The notes: generated by a model not told the origin, from the sequence alone. A stretch of 64,000 bases of DNA from Octopus sinensis (GCF_006345805.1 NC_042998.1:129952001-130016000); one strand, 5' to 3'; positions 10,194 to 25,664 are shown, numbered from the stretch's first letter. Made by a program: numbers and translations.

Positions 10194-11880
10194 ATTTCAG
10201 ATTTTAAAGTATAATATATCACTATGGAACACGAAGCTCCAATTATATCATTCTAATGAAGTATCGCGCTCAAACAATTTTAGCATAAACTGTGGCATTT
10301 TTCAAGGTGACTCAGTTTCACCACTAATTTTCTGCATAGCACTAATACCACTCTCAAGTGACCTGAATAGGACAGGGTATAGCTACAAAATTGACAACAG
10401 GAAAATAAGCCGTTTGATATGGATGATGGCAAAGATGATGAAGAGCTTGAAGGACTACTCCATACTGTGAAAGGATTCAGTGATGATATCGAGGTGGATT
10501 TTGGCCTTGAAAAGTGTGCCAAAGCCACTTTTAAGAAAGGGAAATTGATAAAGTCAAGTTCAATCGAATTAGATTTCGAAACAGTAATAAAAGAAATTCA
10601 GCAGGAACATACCTATATATACCTAGTAATAAATGAAGGCTTTGTTATCCAGCATGCAAGCATGAAAGAGAAGGTCAGAAAGGAATGTTTTATAAGAGTT
10701 CGAGAAGTCCTGAAGTCTGAGCTGTATGCATATAATGTGTTAACCATAAATTTCCTAGCAGTCCCAGTTGTTCTTTATAGCTTCAATGTGCTTAACTGGA
10801 ATACCAGTGAAATAATAAAAATTCTTAGAAAAATCCGCAAGCTACTGACTTGTAATAAGATGCGCCATCCAAAGGCAGACGTGGATCGTCTTTACCTTCT
10901 CAGAACTCAGGGAGGTCGAGGCTTGATCAAGCTTGAACTGACGTACAAACCACCACAATCGGACTGGCCAAATACCTTGAAACAATCAACGATTGGATGC
11001 TAAACTTGTTGAAAAACGTGAAAGATCGAAACAACTTCACTCTATTCTGAAAGAGAGCAAAAAATTCGCTACTGATCTCTTAGATACCTACCAGATTGAT
11101 CAGGTTGAAGGAAATGCGTCAACTGCTGTTGCAAAGAAAATAAAATTAATTGCAACGACAAAAGCACATGAAAAATTAGCTAGCAAATGGGAACAGAAAC
11201 CTCTGCATGGCAAGTATGTGGCCCATAGCAAACAAGCTGATGTCGACCAGAAACACATCCATCAATGGTTACAAAGCTCAGGGTTAAAAGCAGTGAGTGA
11301 AGGTTTCATTTTAGCTGCTCAAGACCAAGGCTTATTAACCCAGAACTACTAAGCCAATTTGATAAAAAATGGAGCTGACCCAAAATGTAGGTTCTGTAAC
11401 GATGAGATGGAAACTATAGACCACCTAATGTCAGGGTGTAGAGTCTTAGAACCTGTAGAATATAAAGACATGACGGAGTCGGCCAGTATTTACACAGGAC
11501 AATATGTCGGCATTACAAAATGAAAACCGCTGACAAATGGTATAAACACCATCCTGAAGCTGTGACTGAGGGAGAAAATATGTCGATTCTATGGGACTTC
11601 CCCGTACAGACCGACAAGACTATAAAAGCTCATAAACCGAATATTATTATAAAAGATCGGACAAACAAGGTATGTTTATTAATTGACATGAGTATTCCTT
11701 GCGATCACTATATAGCGGCGAAAGAATTTTACAAGATCAGATAAATATAAAGACTCGCTAATATAAATTGAAAAAATACGGCATCTCAAGGCGACTACAG
11801 TACCAGTGATTGTAGAATCTCTAGGAATGATAAAATAAGGTACTGAAACCTATTTGAAAATGATACCAGGCTTACTATAA
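10191..11880 (+). mobile_element. Degraded R4/Dong-like non-LTR retrotransposon (second subfamily)
   Basis: GIFQGDSVSPLIFC, KADVDRLYLLRTQGGRGL, KWEQKPLHG, ILAAQDQ and ILWDFPVQTDKTIKAHKPNIIIKD..LIDMSIP, spread over several frames. Confidence 0.88.
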
Positions 11881-11920
11881 ACATATTGCGTGTACTTTTA
11901 TAATTTTCATAATTTAGATA

Positions 11921-12030
11921 TTAGGTTCTCAAAGTAGGCACTTTCCTATCGCCCCCCGGTGGGCGTTGAGACGGTCCAGATGGGCGCAGGTGCCTAAGGG
12001 GGCGGTAGAGAAAAAGGAGGCGTTGGGAGG
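11921..12030 (+). mobile_element. Possible hAT-type MITE end fragment
   Basis: GC-rich island GGTTCTCAAAGTAGG...CGCCCCCC...GGGGCGGT resembling hAT/Charlie-type termini; no partner TIR seen. Confidence 0.3.
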
Positions 12031-14464
12031 AAGGCAGAGGAATGGAGGACGCTAAGAATTTATCATATTATGATAGTATTGTATACAAATTATATAATAT
12101 ATTAAATATCAAATAAATGAATAAAAGAATAATCAACTCCTGCCATCGTCATAATTTACAACTGATGTTTCTTGGACTAACTCTCTATGAAAGAGAGTTA
12201 ATATGTCACTATGCCACACGAAGCTCCAATTATATCATTCTAATGGAGTATGGAACTCTTTCAAGCTGTATATCTTTTGGTTTTGTACGTGCTCTGCTTT
12301 TTTTTCTTTTTTTTACTCCTGGACGTCCTATTCATCAGTATTAATCTTTTTCTCACCTACAACTCTATGAAAAATAAGTTTGCAATGATTTGTTCTCCTT
12401 CCTAACACTCTCCTCCTTTGCAAACAAGCCCTTTCCCTCCTTACTGCTTTGGTATATAAAACCTTGCTATATTCATTCTAGTATGAAGACATCCCTTATC
12501 TTTGTGGCTATTTCATTCATGCTGAACAGTTTTTCCTTTGTCCATTCCTCAACACTTCGTTGTAGCAGACCATGCTTGCAGTCCAAGTGTTAGTGCCACT
12601 GCTAGGATTGCCTCAATCCAGCTTGAATTTATACAGCTTCTTCATTCTTCTAATGAACTTGATATGATCTTGACCTTCATCATGAGATTCATCACCTGGT
12701 CAAACAGTAAAACACCAATGTACTTCTATCCTTTTCTGTCCACTTTTAAAGCACGGGAATCTAAAGAAAGCAGGATAAAATGCATACCTGCAAAGAGTAG
12801 TTAATAGAGAACCGGTCTTTTATGGAATATGGCAAAAAAAGGAATGAAAGGTATTGATTTGGTAGTATAACTCCAGTTTGATAGTGGTGCAAAAATAGCA
12901 ATTGTATCGATCACTTCCATACTTCTTCCTTTCATTCTTTATTGATATGTACATTAATGGCAGTAGATTGAAGTAAAGGGCTTACCTTACCCTCATAAAA
13001 ATGTGTTAACATGAATTCTAAAACTTTATACAATTATCTTCCAACAAGTAATGCCTGTTGTGTGAGCAAGTCGGTTATTACAGTCATTTATCGCCAGTTG
13101 ATGAATCGATACAATCAAAATACAAATGTTTCATTCTCGTTTACTTAATTCTTCTTTTCCTTCATTAATCTTGTCAGCACAACAGTATTTTATTATCATT
13201 CATGACCATTAAAAACTAAAGTGCTGTTGTTGTGCTAATATGAAACCGTATGTGAAAACCGGGGAGTGAAATGGCAACTAATTTAAACTCAAAATTCTGC
13301 TTCGACATCTGGCACCGGTGTTTTCCATTCATTACTACCAAAAACGAAGAAAAAACCATATACAATACTTTCTGAGGAGACAAAATACCAGTTGAAAGAA
13401 TATATGTAATAAGTTTCTGTTGACAAGGTTCATCATCGTATAATTTATGGCAGAGAAGAATTTTGATGTGGGGTATACGGATGTTAGGAAATCATTAGCG
13501 GTGCGAAAGAATTAAAACAGTTGCAGAACAGATTCAAAACAAAGCTGCGGACGCAGCCTTCGGAAGGTTTTAACTGTTATTTAGAACATCTATACTTGAA
13601 GATTTCACATGAATTTACCACTGAGAATTCAAGCGATTAGTAAAGTAAACCAAATATCCAATTAAAAATGTGGATATGTATGTATATAGATATATGTGCT
13701 TGTGTCTGTGTGTGCATTTATGTAAGTATGCATGCACATGTACAACTCTATGAATATGATAAAACAATCAAATAAACATAAAGATGAATATATTATTTTT
13801 TTGAAAAAGCGTTTCTTAAATTCAATTAAATGAGAGTAAAAGGAAGAAATAGGAAAAATTAATATTTGAAAACACTGGCTTGTTGTGGAGTAATTAATTT
13901 TGAATCCTCTAAGAGTAACAGTTTCTGCTGCTGTTCTTCACCAGGCATCCCTCTTAGACTTCACTGCTTAAAGGCATTTCCTATTGATCTGTGATTCAGG
14001 TGGAACATGAGACGAACTTTAATAAGCTAACTCCATATTTTCAAAGTATTAATTTTACTTCGGGTCTGCCGCAGGCGTTGGTCGGAAAGTTGGTAGCTAA
14101 TTAAGTTTTAATACATGTATTTACAGAACACTTACACACACATTCAAACATATATTCTGTAACACATAAATTCATGTCTGCAGGAACGTATATACACTCG
14201 AATACATGTATGCATATACAAATAAATATCTAATCTAAATATTTATTAAATGAAATAGCATGAATAACAAATTAACGTGTGTGTATGTGTGTGTGTGTGT
14301 GTGTTGAAACTGGATGTGTGCTAGAAGTGCTTATGTGTATGAATGTGTATTTGTGTTTACGCATGAAAATTCATACACGCACACGCACACCCACACATAT
14401 ATTATATATACATATATAATTATATATATATACGTATGTAAGTATGCATGCACGTGTATATATA

Positions 14465-14543
<79 letters not shown>

Positions 14544-14862
14544 GATGTGTATGTATTGTATAATTAGCGTACAGATTATTTTCTGTGTTAATTCTTTCTA
14601 ATGCATTCTGATATACTTACATTTATTTATATATTCAGTTATTTAATCATTAGCATTAATTTAGATATAAGATGAGAATCGTTTACTGAATTAGTAATTC
14701 AAATTAATAGATTTTTTTTTGTTCTGTTGCGTTGCAATGCACAAAATTGTAATATTAAAACTTATATGGTTATACTCTAGCGCTCTGTATTATCAGGTCG
14801 TATCATTTCTTATGTAATTCAGCAATATGAATAATGTAAAAAGAAAATGTTTCTATGCTTGT

Positions 14863-14955
14863 ATACATACATACATACATACATACATTCATATATACAT
14901 ACATACATACATACATACATACATACATACATACATACATACATACATACATACA
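14863..14955 (+). repeat. (TACA)n microsatellite
   Basis: Directly visible. Confidence 0.95.
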
Positions 14956-15089
14956 AACATACGTGCATATATATATAATATATATATTATATATATATAT
15001 ATATATATGTATGTAATTGCGTGTTAAAAAAGAAGGGATTTCATTATGATGCTGTAATTAAAGAGAATGTATGTTACCTTTTATCTTCT

Positions 15090-16100
15090 AACTGATTTTA
15101 GAATCAAAGCAGTCAATGACTTGCATATTACTGCCTTAGTAATATGCACACGGAATAATGCATCATTGCCCATATGGGTTGTCAGATAACGGGCCCTTTG
15201 AGACACCACGTTTGCAGTAGCTCTTGGTAATCTGTATGCTGAATACAGTCTGTATGTCGGATGAAAGGGTTAGTTTCTTTAGTCAACTAGAATATCGAGT
15301 TCAGCTTTTCTATAGTTTGGAGGTGTCATCAGGATTTATGGCTGCCTGCGATACTCTTGACTCATCGGTGTAGCTCGTGAGAGATGCTGATGCTATGATT
15401 GAGGTCATGTAAGAGAGAGTCACCAGAAACGGTATATTTACCTGAGAGGTTTTGCTCAGAATTGATGTTTCTTTGGAGATAATAGTGTTGACTGCAATTG
15501 CTTGACTCCTGTATGTTAAAGAAATCATACAAACACTTTCCTATTTTTCCAACTACACTGTTGCTATGCAGTTTGTGTATATGATTCTGTGATTAATTCT
15601 ATCGAAATTCTTACCGAAGTCAAAATAGATGGCAACCACATTTATATGAATGGACCGCTGTTTCAATATCCAGTCGTAAAACCCTAATAGCTGCATGAAG
15701 TAGTTCCTATACAAGAGCTATGCTGTGTGTCAGTGAATGAACCATTTACTTCGAGGAACGCACTGAGCTTCCTTCGGGCAATGTGTTCCATCTGTTTGCT
15801 GATGTGCGAAATCAGAGAAAGAGACTTGTAGGCTCTGGTTGATTCTTTTTGAATCGGATATATATCTCATTTTAACAATGTTAGTGTTTTGGCGTAAGAA
15901 AGCTCTGAGAAAAGTATTTTTAGAGATTTTGCCAGAGCTTTCTTGCATGTCTTTAAAGGAATTGGTGGGAAAGCATCAGACACTCATGCTGAGTCGAAGT
16001 TTATCTCATCAAGTGCGATGTTAGGAAATACTCTTTTGCGTTATGTAATCGCTGGTTGCCTCTAACCTGGATAGAGATGCGTTGTTCACGAAATTTATCA
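15090..16100 (-). mobile_element. Highly degraded CR1-like LINE RT fragment
   Basis: Minus-strand AIYFDFGKNFDRINH (~15590-15640, a DFSKAFD-like motif) and FLVTLSYMTSIIASASLTSYTDESRVSQ (15310-15528), which aligns with LFIVALSDMPSVAKMATLASYADDT at 35.1 kb. Confidence 0.6.
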
Positions 16101-18685
16101 CACTTATTTATTTGCATATTCTTCAGCAGAGAAATAGAATTGTATATTTAGTATTTCACTTATCCGTTTGATGTCTACATTCACACATCATACTAAATTA
16201 GTATAGCTTTTCCTCGATTTGTCTGCCCTTATCTCTGCGCATCATGTATCTATTAGCATGTGTAATTTGATTGCACACCCTCTCGTGCTGAACACTCATT
16301 TTACAAATTGTCGTCCGTAGCCTCTACCGGACAAGTTCCCTCCGGGCCTTGCTGGATATCCTTGTCACATCTAGTCATAGGAAGTTTCTATGATTTGCTT
16401 TATGCGTTTGTTCATATTAACCCCGAAAATCATTTTACTGCTAATGTTTGAGTTGAGATTAGTCAATAATATGGAAAATAGTGCTTGAAAGTTTATTTGA
16501 TCTATCTAGGAGAGATGAAAAGCAACGTTGACATTTACGGTATCTCATCTCAGAATTTTTTCAGACGCTCTTACAACTCTGACAAAAGAACCGGTGTAAT
16601 ACAAACAGAACGACTACAATTACATCCACTAGTCAGAATCAGATAGAAGTTTAAATAGTTACAGCAACAATACTAGTATTAACACTAAGGATATTAAGCA
16701 CGATGATATAGACTATAACCTGAAAATATTGTGATGACATCACTACAAATGTAATAATTATTCTAACACAAACAGAAGGATGAGGAATTTAGGGAGAGAG
16801 GAACAGACGATTATGTGGACAATACTTCGCATTTTAAATTTTCGATCCTGAAAGGAAATAAAGCAACGTTGTCCGCAGTGAGATTTGAACCTAAAGAATA
16901 GGAACCTAAATAATGAAAAAAAAAAGAAAAGAAAAATGATAATGAGTTTCTCTTGTGGTGAATGGAATTCCTTGTGACGCTATTTTTTAAAGCTAAAACT
17001 CCTTACAGTAAGACAAACTATGCTTACTTATACATTTTGAATATCCGGGTTTGTAGTTCTTCCTTTGTATCATTCAATATTAGAATACTGTGTTATTCTA
17101 ATTGAATTCATGCATTGATTTTGCTGGCTGCTTTTATTAATTTGATGCCCATTTCCTTTCATCCAGTCACACAGAACCTCTAAAGATATCAAAACAATAG
17201 TTGCTTCTTTGAGCAGTCGCAAACACAAAATATCTGGAGCAAGCAAGTTGGAATCGATTCGCCAAAACAACTCTAAATATATAATTTCCATGACCTCGAT
17301 CGATGGAGCATTATGTATAACTCATTCAAACAGATATATGTCATTGAAGGTATGTACGTATATATGATGGGTTGTTTTGTGCGTGTGTTTGAGTGTATAC
17401 ATAGTATATGTATGTGCGTATGGGTTGTGATGATTTACACTTTGTATCTTTATATAGATATGGACACACAGCAATATTTCTTCCTAAAAATATAGAAAAT
17501 CACACACACACACACATACTCGCACACATACACACACAGAGTCATCCGTATGTCCATGTATATATATATATATATATATATGAGTGTGTGTGTGTGTGAG
17601 TGTCTGTGTGTGTGCGTGTGAATGTGTGTTAGTGCGTATGTGTATGTAGTATGCATGTATACATATATGTGTATATATAAATAAATATAAGTATATATAC
17701 ACATATTTTCACGCATACACATTTCATCCAAATATGCACATATATAGACATCCATATATACATATACGTATATGCATAGATTTACTTGCGTGTATTTATT
17801 CAATAAGTGTATGTTGTTGGAAGTTGCATACATATACATTCTTCCACATAAACAAATAACAGTATTGACATATAGACAGACGACTTAATATAAAACCTAC
17901 GTATATACAGACCAAATGTATCCATATATAGCCTAAGACAAAATTTGCAATTAATATCATCAGTGTGGAGGCTATTCAGATATTTTGCAATAAAACCAAT
18001 TGACTGTTCTACAGCATCATATCTAAAATTATCCATGTATTTCTGATCACGATCAATTGTATTTATAATATGTACGTGCCGCTCTCAATGTCCAATTTCT
18101 AAATAACTAAAGACACCTATATAAATAATAAAGAAACGAATGAATAAATTAAGTTATTTTAAGTTTCCATTAAATGCTTAAATGACAACGAATCACGGTG
18201 GATATAAAATCCCAAATAGCTAGTATAATTCTTTATCATCGCTCTTGTTGTTTGTTTATATTTTTTGTTGTAAACTCGATGTTACAAGATGGTAGTATGT
18301 AAATTAACTGAAATCTAAATAAAGTCATCTTTGAAAAGTATTTATCTGCGTTGTTTATTATATATAAATTGCTTTTGGTAAGTGGGTATTTTTACTTACC
18401 TGATGAGTTTCAAAGTCCGATACGATGTATGGGCACTATATATGCATATACGTTCTTTAGGTCATATAAGATTGACGGCGGCATTAATCTCGAAGTTAAT
18501 CCAACAGCAATTATTGGAAGCGAGCCAATATATATACGGGATTATTTCTGTATTACAAGAGCAAACTTCTTCAATCTAGCTAGTTGTAGAGACATAATTT
18601 CTTCATTTGGTGATTTGTAGAAAGCGCGTGCGCATACATACTCACACTCTCAAACACACACACGCATATGTGTGTATATATATAC

Positions 18686-18746
<61 letters not shown>

Positions 18747-18959
18747 CACATATGTGTGTGTGTTTGTCTATACTTTACTGTGATTTTGATATACGTGGTG
18801 TATTTTCTGATAATATTTCAGATATACATAGCATAATTTCGCATGACACGACGTTTATTTATTCGGGCAAAATATAACAGATCGATATGTATAATGTAAC
18901 AGTGAATTGCTTTCAGACATAAGTCATATCTTGATGCACGGTGAGTAATTTCAGCCCTT

Positions 18960-19400
18960 TCCTACAGACCCATCGAAGAGGAAAGGTAGGCTGCTGCAAG
19001 AGCGATCCGCCGACGTTTCTTTCTTTTGTCTTCATCTCCACATTACCATTAACTCTGGTTCTCCCATATCCTAGTTTATGATCTAACTCTTATCTGTAAG
19101 CATTTCTCGATAATTTGTACGGCTTGAGCATCTACCGCGTCTAATCATTCACGGTTTCTTTACACGCTAATTCCTATTATACTCTTTGGTTTTTCCTGCG
19201 AACCACTTTATACGAAATACCTGTCTATGTTTTCCATTCACGCTTCCACAGATATTGAACTCATTGGCACAAATACCTACACCAAGTTCTGACCTTAGAA
19301 ATAACTGATCAACTTCATTTGATAAAGTTTCCTTGTTCTCTTCCTGCTCTCATTTTCTGTCTCCTTCTCGCTGGCTGAACTTCCCTTATCAACTCACACG
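18960..19400 (-). mobile_element. Possible very old R4/Dong-like fragment
   Basis: Minus-strand SNEVDQLFLRSELGVGIC resembles DVDRLYLPR.EGGRGL; the rest is heavily decayed. Confidence 0.25.
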
Positions 19401-20492
19401 CCAACTTCCTACTTCACAGTTAGCGTGTTTCATTCTCAGATGATGTTATTCTGTGTCACATCCGTGTCCTTACGCGAGAAGTATCAAGAGTTAACCGATA
19501 CACTGCACGGTACTACAGCTAATTACGTCAGTGCAAGTTTTACACAGCGTACGAAACCTTTCAAATCTAGGAATAGGAAGCCTTCATTCCGTTCTGTTTT
19601 ATCTGTGGTCTCTGCTATCAGGGAAATATCCTGCAAACTATACTGCAATATTTTCGACAGCTATCAATTTTGTCTCTTCGAGATATTGTAAATATAACAA
19701 GAGCTCACGATAGCTTTTAATTGGAATACTATTTTGCTGCCAACAACAGGGCTCACGGTTTGCGAAATTTGAGGTATTAGCTGGTAAATTTTACAGAAAT
19801 TATTACGTGAATAGGAAGGTCTACAGTAAAATAAAAAAGTGATATGTATCTCTCTTTTGTACATAAGTTGCTTTACAACCACCAACTTCTGAGAATCTCC
19901 GGATTACCGATTACACCACTTGATGTGAAATGGCCACTAAAACGATTAACTCTTTATCCAATGAAATACCGATAACTTGCAATTCAGTGTTAAGAATCAT
20001 AAGGGTGAGAAATGATTTTCTGCCTGTGAATATATAACTGATCCAATTCCCAGGCAAGCTTGATGCCATATAACTGACGGCTGAACAAGTATATCTTTTA
20101 GAGTAGATCGTTATTGAATTTTTTACAAGGAAGGTTGACAGTGACTCCGATGTTTATGCTTGCACGAAACATAGACAATCAATGAAAGAGCTAACGAAGA
20201 AGAAAGAAGTACAGTGATCACTGTAAAGAGGACAAGTAATCATAAACAATAACAGGATAATGTGCATGCTAAATATGTAACAGTAAAAATCAAAGTGAGA
20301 CATGAAAATATAAGGAAATGACCAGTACGTAAACATAGTTATTGTCAGCCATTAATTAGAATCGCAATTGTTTCAAAACACACACACACACACACATATA
20401 CACTCACATGCGCACACACACATATACACTCACACGCACACACACACTCACATACACGCACACATACATAATGATGTGGAGGATATTTTCAC

Positions 20493-20523
<31 letters not shown>

Positions 20524-20896
20524 TACGTCGAGTTACATGAAAACAGTTTCACGTTAAACTGACACATTACTTGATACATTTCGGTAGAAAACATGTTTAT
20601 TAATATTTTACAAAGGAAAAGATTGATAGTAGTTTTCAAGTGTCGATTTTCTTGCCTTTATTGCGATGCAGGTGAGAAAGCTAACACTTCAGAGCTACTA
20701 TCAATCATTCTCTTGCAAATGATTTATTAATATGCATTTTACTAAAAAGTATAGAGTAATCCTCCAGTTTAGTGTGAAATTGTTTTCATGAAACCTGACA
20801 CTGTATACATGTGTGTGTGGAAGCAGATATGTATATATATATATATATATATATGTACGTTTATATATATGTGTGTATATATGTATGTGTTTATAT

Positions 20897-20938
<42 letters not shown>

Positions 20939-21099
20939 CATGCATAGACATACATACATCCATACATACGTACGTATATGTTAAAGTAGTGAGGAAAGGC
21001 AAAACAATTAGGCAATGCAGGAGGACATTTAATTTTCATTTGTTTCAGCCAAAAGTTTAACTACATAACGAATTGTAAAGATGTGACAGTTTTCTCTGG

Positions 21100-21460
21100 G
21101 ATATACCAGCTATATAGACCATCTTGTGAAGCGAAGACAGTAGGTTGGGTATACCGTCATCAGAGAAATATAGATTAGACAGTGGAAGAAGATTAATTAC
21201 CAGTGTTATTTGTTGTGATCCATTATGTCCAGGAGTGTCGGGGATTTCAATTAAATCCAGTTAAATCGGGCCTTCTTTAGGTAAATTCATATTCAGAAAG
21301 TATGGTTAAGTGGCACACCATGGTCAGAATAAGGAAGCAATTGTCAAGCAGTACTCCATTATTGGGGGAAAAATGAAGTGAATGTTAGCAGATCCTAAAT
21401 TGTGCAAATACTGAGAGGAGGAATAAAGATATATTTTGGTGAGAGAAAAGATAAATAGAT
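21100..21460 (-). mobile_element. Possible decayed CR1/L2-like 3' fragment
   Basis: FIFPPIMEY and nearby KKARF resemble the RPILEY...QRRAARF thumb-region motifs; weak. Confidence 0.25.
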
Positions 21461-21471
21461 AAGAGGTAGGT

Positions 21472-21542
<71 letters not shown>

Positions 21543-22382
21543 GGTTAGCCAAAGTTGCCTGACTAATTCAAAACCATTTAATTCCACGAAATTAAAAGGA
21601 CCGAAATTACGTTGAATCTAGCCACCATTACAAACGAGAAACATTCATACTGCCTAATTTCCTTCCGCATGTTGTTTTTGTCTTCTTCTTCAGAAATATG
21701 TTTTCCTCTCGAACTGTACTTTGTACGCATTTAGATCGTATCTTCAAAGAGTGAATACGAGACCTGGTGACAATGTAACACTTCATATAATCAAGGTATT
21801 CTTGGCCTGAAGAGTAGCTTGCAGTCTACACCGCGTTTAGATAATTTACTAATTGCGATGTTCTTCTAGCTATGAAACATATGTAGCTGGGATTTTATCT
21901 ATTCCATTCCCTGATGTCTGGATGCGATGAAAAATTACTTTGCAATATGGCAGCCTAAACCCATAACTTGTCTGATTGTATTAATAATATTATTTCATAT
22001 AGATATAGATATAAACAATAATATAAATAAAAAATATTCCTTATTACTGTGTCTGATCGCCACATATATTATTACGCAGAGTGATTTTTCTTCTGCAGAA
22101 CAATTCGTATGGACACTGCAGAATGAAATTGGTTTATTTTCAAGCCACTTGGAAATACAAAAGTATAATGCTTCTCTAAGATCGACAAACAATTTAGATA
22201 TGATCTGTATGCGTATCTACACTTTTTCTTTCTTCTGCTTTGCTTGCATGTTACAACTTTAGTTAATATACATGCATTATTTCATTTTTAGATTATATTT
22301 ATAAAGATATTTCTTTACCGAATCAAAACATATGTACTCTAAATACATGCTTAGAAGTATAAAAAGTTGCTTTATTTATGTA

Positions 22383-22445
<63 letters not shown>

Positions 22446-24197
22446 GCATACAATAAAATACATATATACGAGTGCATTTGTGAGTTATATCCATGTGTTC
22501 GCATGTGTATTAAGCCAATCTGCGTTCCTGTGTTTATGCGTTTATGAATTTCCAACCTTTCTCGCTTATTTTCCGATTAACGAAACTTGTTCCATTTATC
22601 CTGTTTAAATCGATGATTAACCCATTTAACTGCACCAATAATTTCGGTATTTTGAGATGAAGTACTTTAGAGTATTTTCATAGATCTGCATGAAATTTGT
22701 ACTTGTGGTACAACTGAAGATAACACACAAACAAGAATCTGAGCTGTCGAAGACTACTTTGGTGCCCTCCGAAAACAAACGTTAACTCAAGGGATTACAT
22801 CGTAATTCTGTACATACCTACAAATACAATGTGCTCGGCCCTACGCCAGAAAGTATTTTCGAAGTTGGTCGCCTTCAGCAAAATAATAGCTGAATTACTT
22901 CTAATCATTCTACGTTACCTTCTTATAAAAGGAAATCTATTTGGGACAATGTAGTTCTAGATTACACAGTGACGAGATGATCATGGATTAGGAAAAAATT
23001 GGTCATATTTCTACTCAAGCAATGCTAACCTGTCCCAGAATATCTACTTTTCTGACTCATTTTGACAAGGATTGGCTTCAGCAACTATCATTGACTTACA
23101 TCTTGAATCAAGTAGAATAGTATCCATAACATTAAAGATGGTTTATAACTAGTATACTCGTATGGAATTTGTGAAATCCCCATGTATGATTCCTATATTT
23201 TATCCATTCTTTTAATGCACACCTTAACTCTTATCGCAGCCCCTAAACGAACACGACTGCTAACAAACCCAAAGCACACACAAGAACAGACAGTATTCGA
23301 CTGTAGATGAAGTATGAAGCTTAAATTCAGATTAACTGTCGTAGAAAATAAATTTCTGGTTCAGAAGTGAATTGATTAGCACTAAGCATGGCCAAGAAAC
23401 ATATGTATTGCAAAAAAGCAAATTGTCGACCCTTTCCAGCATGACTTACTCAGGATCTGCACGTTCATCGTCATCCACTGCAACCTGAAATGAATGAAAG
23501 TTTTCAAATGAAATAAGTTTCTGTTATTTAAGACGATTTCTATCTAGTAATTATAACCTATTGATTCCATATATTCCCTACAAACTCAAGGAAACCGGGA
23601 AGTATGAACAGACCTGTTTGGTGGCATTTGAGAATGGGGGAATAACAGTGATCATTTCAGCTCCAGAATTAGAAAGATTTAAAATGTAGTTAAAAACAGA
23701 AAGATATGTAGTTTCAATAACATGTCTTGTGAAGAAAAGCAAAAGAGAACAATTGACAAGCCAATCTGATTATAACTTTCACAGGGATATAGAGCGGGGA
23801 GTGAGTCTTTTCTTTGGTGAATACGGGGGTAAATCCAATAATTTTTCAGAATACTTACGTTGACTACCACTTCTGTATGTATTCGTGATGCAGAAGGGAT
23901 CCATAGCAAAATCCTCGCCGCAATTATCATAACAATCGTCAATCAGTTGAAAACTTTTTACCCTTAAATCTTGCATTTTAGCTCAGTCCTTAATCGCTTT
24001 CCAAAGAATATAAGACTAGGCTTCATTTGCGAGGTCTAGAAAGATCGAATCCTGTTGGTTTAAGTAATCGTATGTACCAAACATCGGATTCCTTCAACAC
24101 TATATGACCCTTTGGTTTTGCAGTTGTCTGTCTTTTATTTCCCAACAAGAGTTATCACTAACACTAATGAGATTTTTTTTCCATTAAGGTGAAATAC

Positions 24198-24563
24198 TGG
24201 TTCCAAATTTTGGCACTAGGGCAGAAATTTCGGATGAGGTGGGAAGGAAAATACATCGATTCGGGTGCTCAACTGGTACTTAATTTATCGACCCAGAAAG
24301 GATAAAAGACAAAGTCTTCTTCGGAGTAATTTGATCTCAGAAATTAAAGACGGACTAAATGCCTATTTCTTTACTACCCACAAGGGGCTAAACACAGAGG
24401 AGACAAACAAGGGCAGACAGGCGGATTAAGTTGATTATATCGACCCCGAAAGGATGAAAGGCAAAGTCGACATCGGCGGAATTTGAACTCAGAACGTAGC
24501 GGCAGACGAAATCTTGTTAAGTATTACACCCGCCGTGCTAACGTTTCTGCCAGCTCGCTTCTT
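24198..24563 (-). mobile_element. Two adjacent family B SINE copies (24198-24363 partial; 24364-24563 with an internal deletion)
   Basis: Both carry the family B core; the second lacks the segment between the two ATCGACCCC direct repeats seen in the 39.3 kb copy. Confidence 0.85.
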
Positions 24564-25233
24564 TATTAAGGTTAAGTATCATTTAAAAAATAAACCTTGT
24601 TCTGGGCACACTACAGCAAATGTATTAAACCCACCAACGTATATATATTCTTCATATTATGGCAAACTTGGGATATATTCTATCCCAGTCACTGCCTAAC
24701 GCACCTTCGTTGACACTCATGATTTATTTCTCCCGCAAATGCTGTTAGATGTTGAAATGAACTTCGTGTAGCTCACACAAGCTTCGTTAGAAATTCGGGC
24801 AAGCAACACGTCACCGCTGCAATTCAATATCGAGCTCTAAAGCTGCGTACAACTTATATGTCAAGTAAACATTGATAAGGTCTACAAAAATTACACGAAA
24901 TGATTTACTCATAAATGTGCAGTATCATTCGCTGTCATCTTATCATTCATCTGTTACATTCTTTGTCTTGCATGATTTTTTTCTTCAGTATCATGCTTGT
25001 CGCTCTTTCTCACTGTATATCTGTCTCTCTCTGTTAATTCGCATTCTTATCACACACTATTGTTTCTCAAAGATTTTATCTCTGTGTTTCTCTTTTCTCT
25101 TTGTTTTTTCCCCCTATCTTACTGCCTCTCTACATACTTACAAGCACCAGCAACTGATGGATAAATGGCTAGATATATAGACATATATTGGCGCGTATAT
25201 AATGCAGAATGTGCACTCTGTCTGTCTCTCTCA

Positions 25234-25245
<12 letters not shown>

Positions 25246-25294
<49 letters not shown>

Positions 25295-25618
25295 GTATAC
25301 AATATATATAATATTTGTATGTATGTATATATATATTCATATATTTATATATAATATATATATATATATATATGAATGTATATATATACATGTATATATA
25401 TATATATATGTGTGTGTGTATGTATATATATGTATATATATGTATGTATATATATGTATATATATATATATGTATGTGTATATATTTATATATATATGTA
25501 TGTATATATATGTATATATATATATATAAATATGTGAAGATATACTTCTGTGTATATAGGTACATATATATATGTATATATGTATATATATACATATATA
25601 TACATAAATGTACATATA

Positions 25619-25664
<46 letters not shown>

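Noticed and set aside
23590-24170. LLDLPPYSP resembling the Tc1/mariner PPYSPDL motif
   Set aside because: One short motif with no recognisable DDE/D triad or TIRs.
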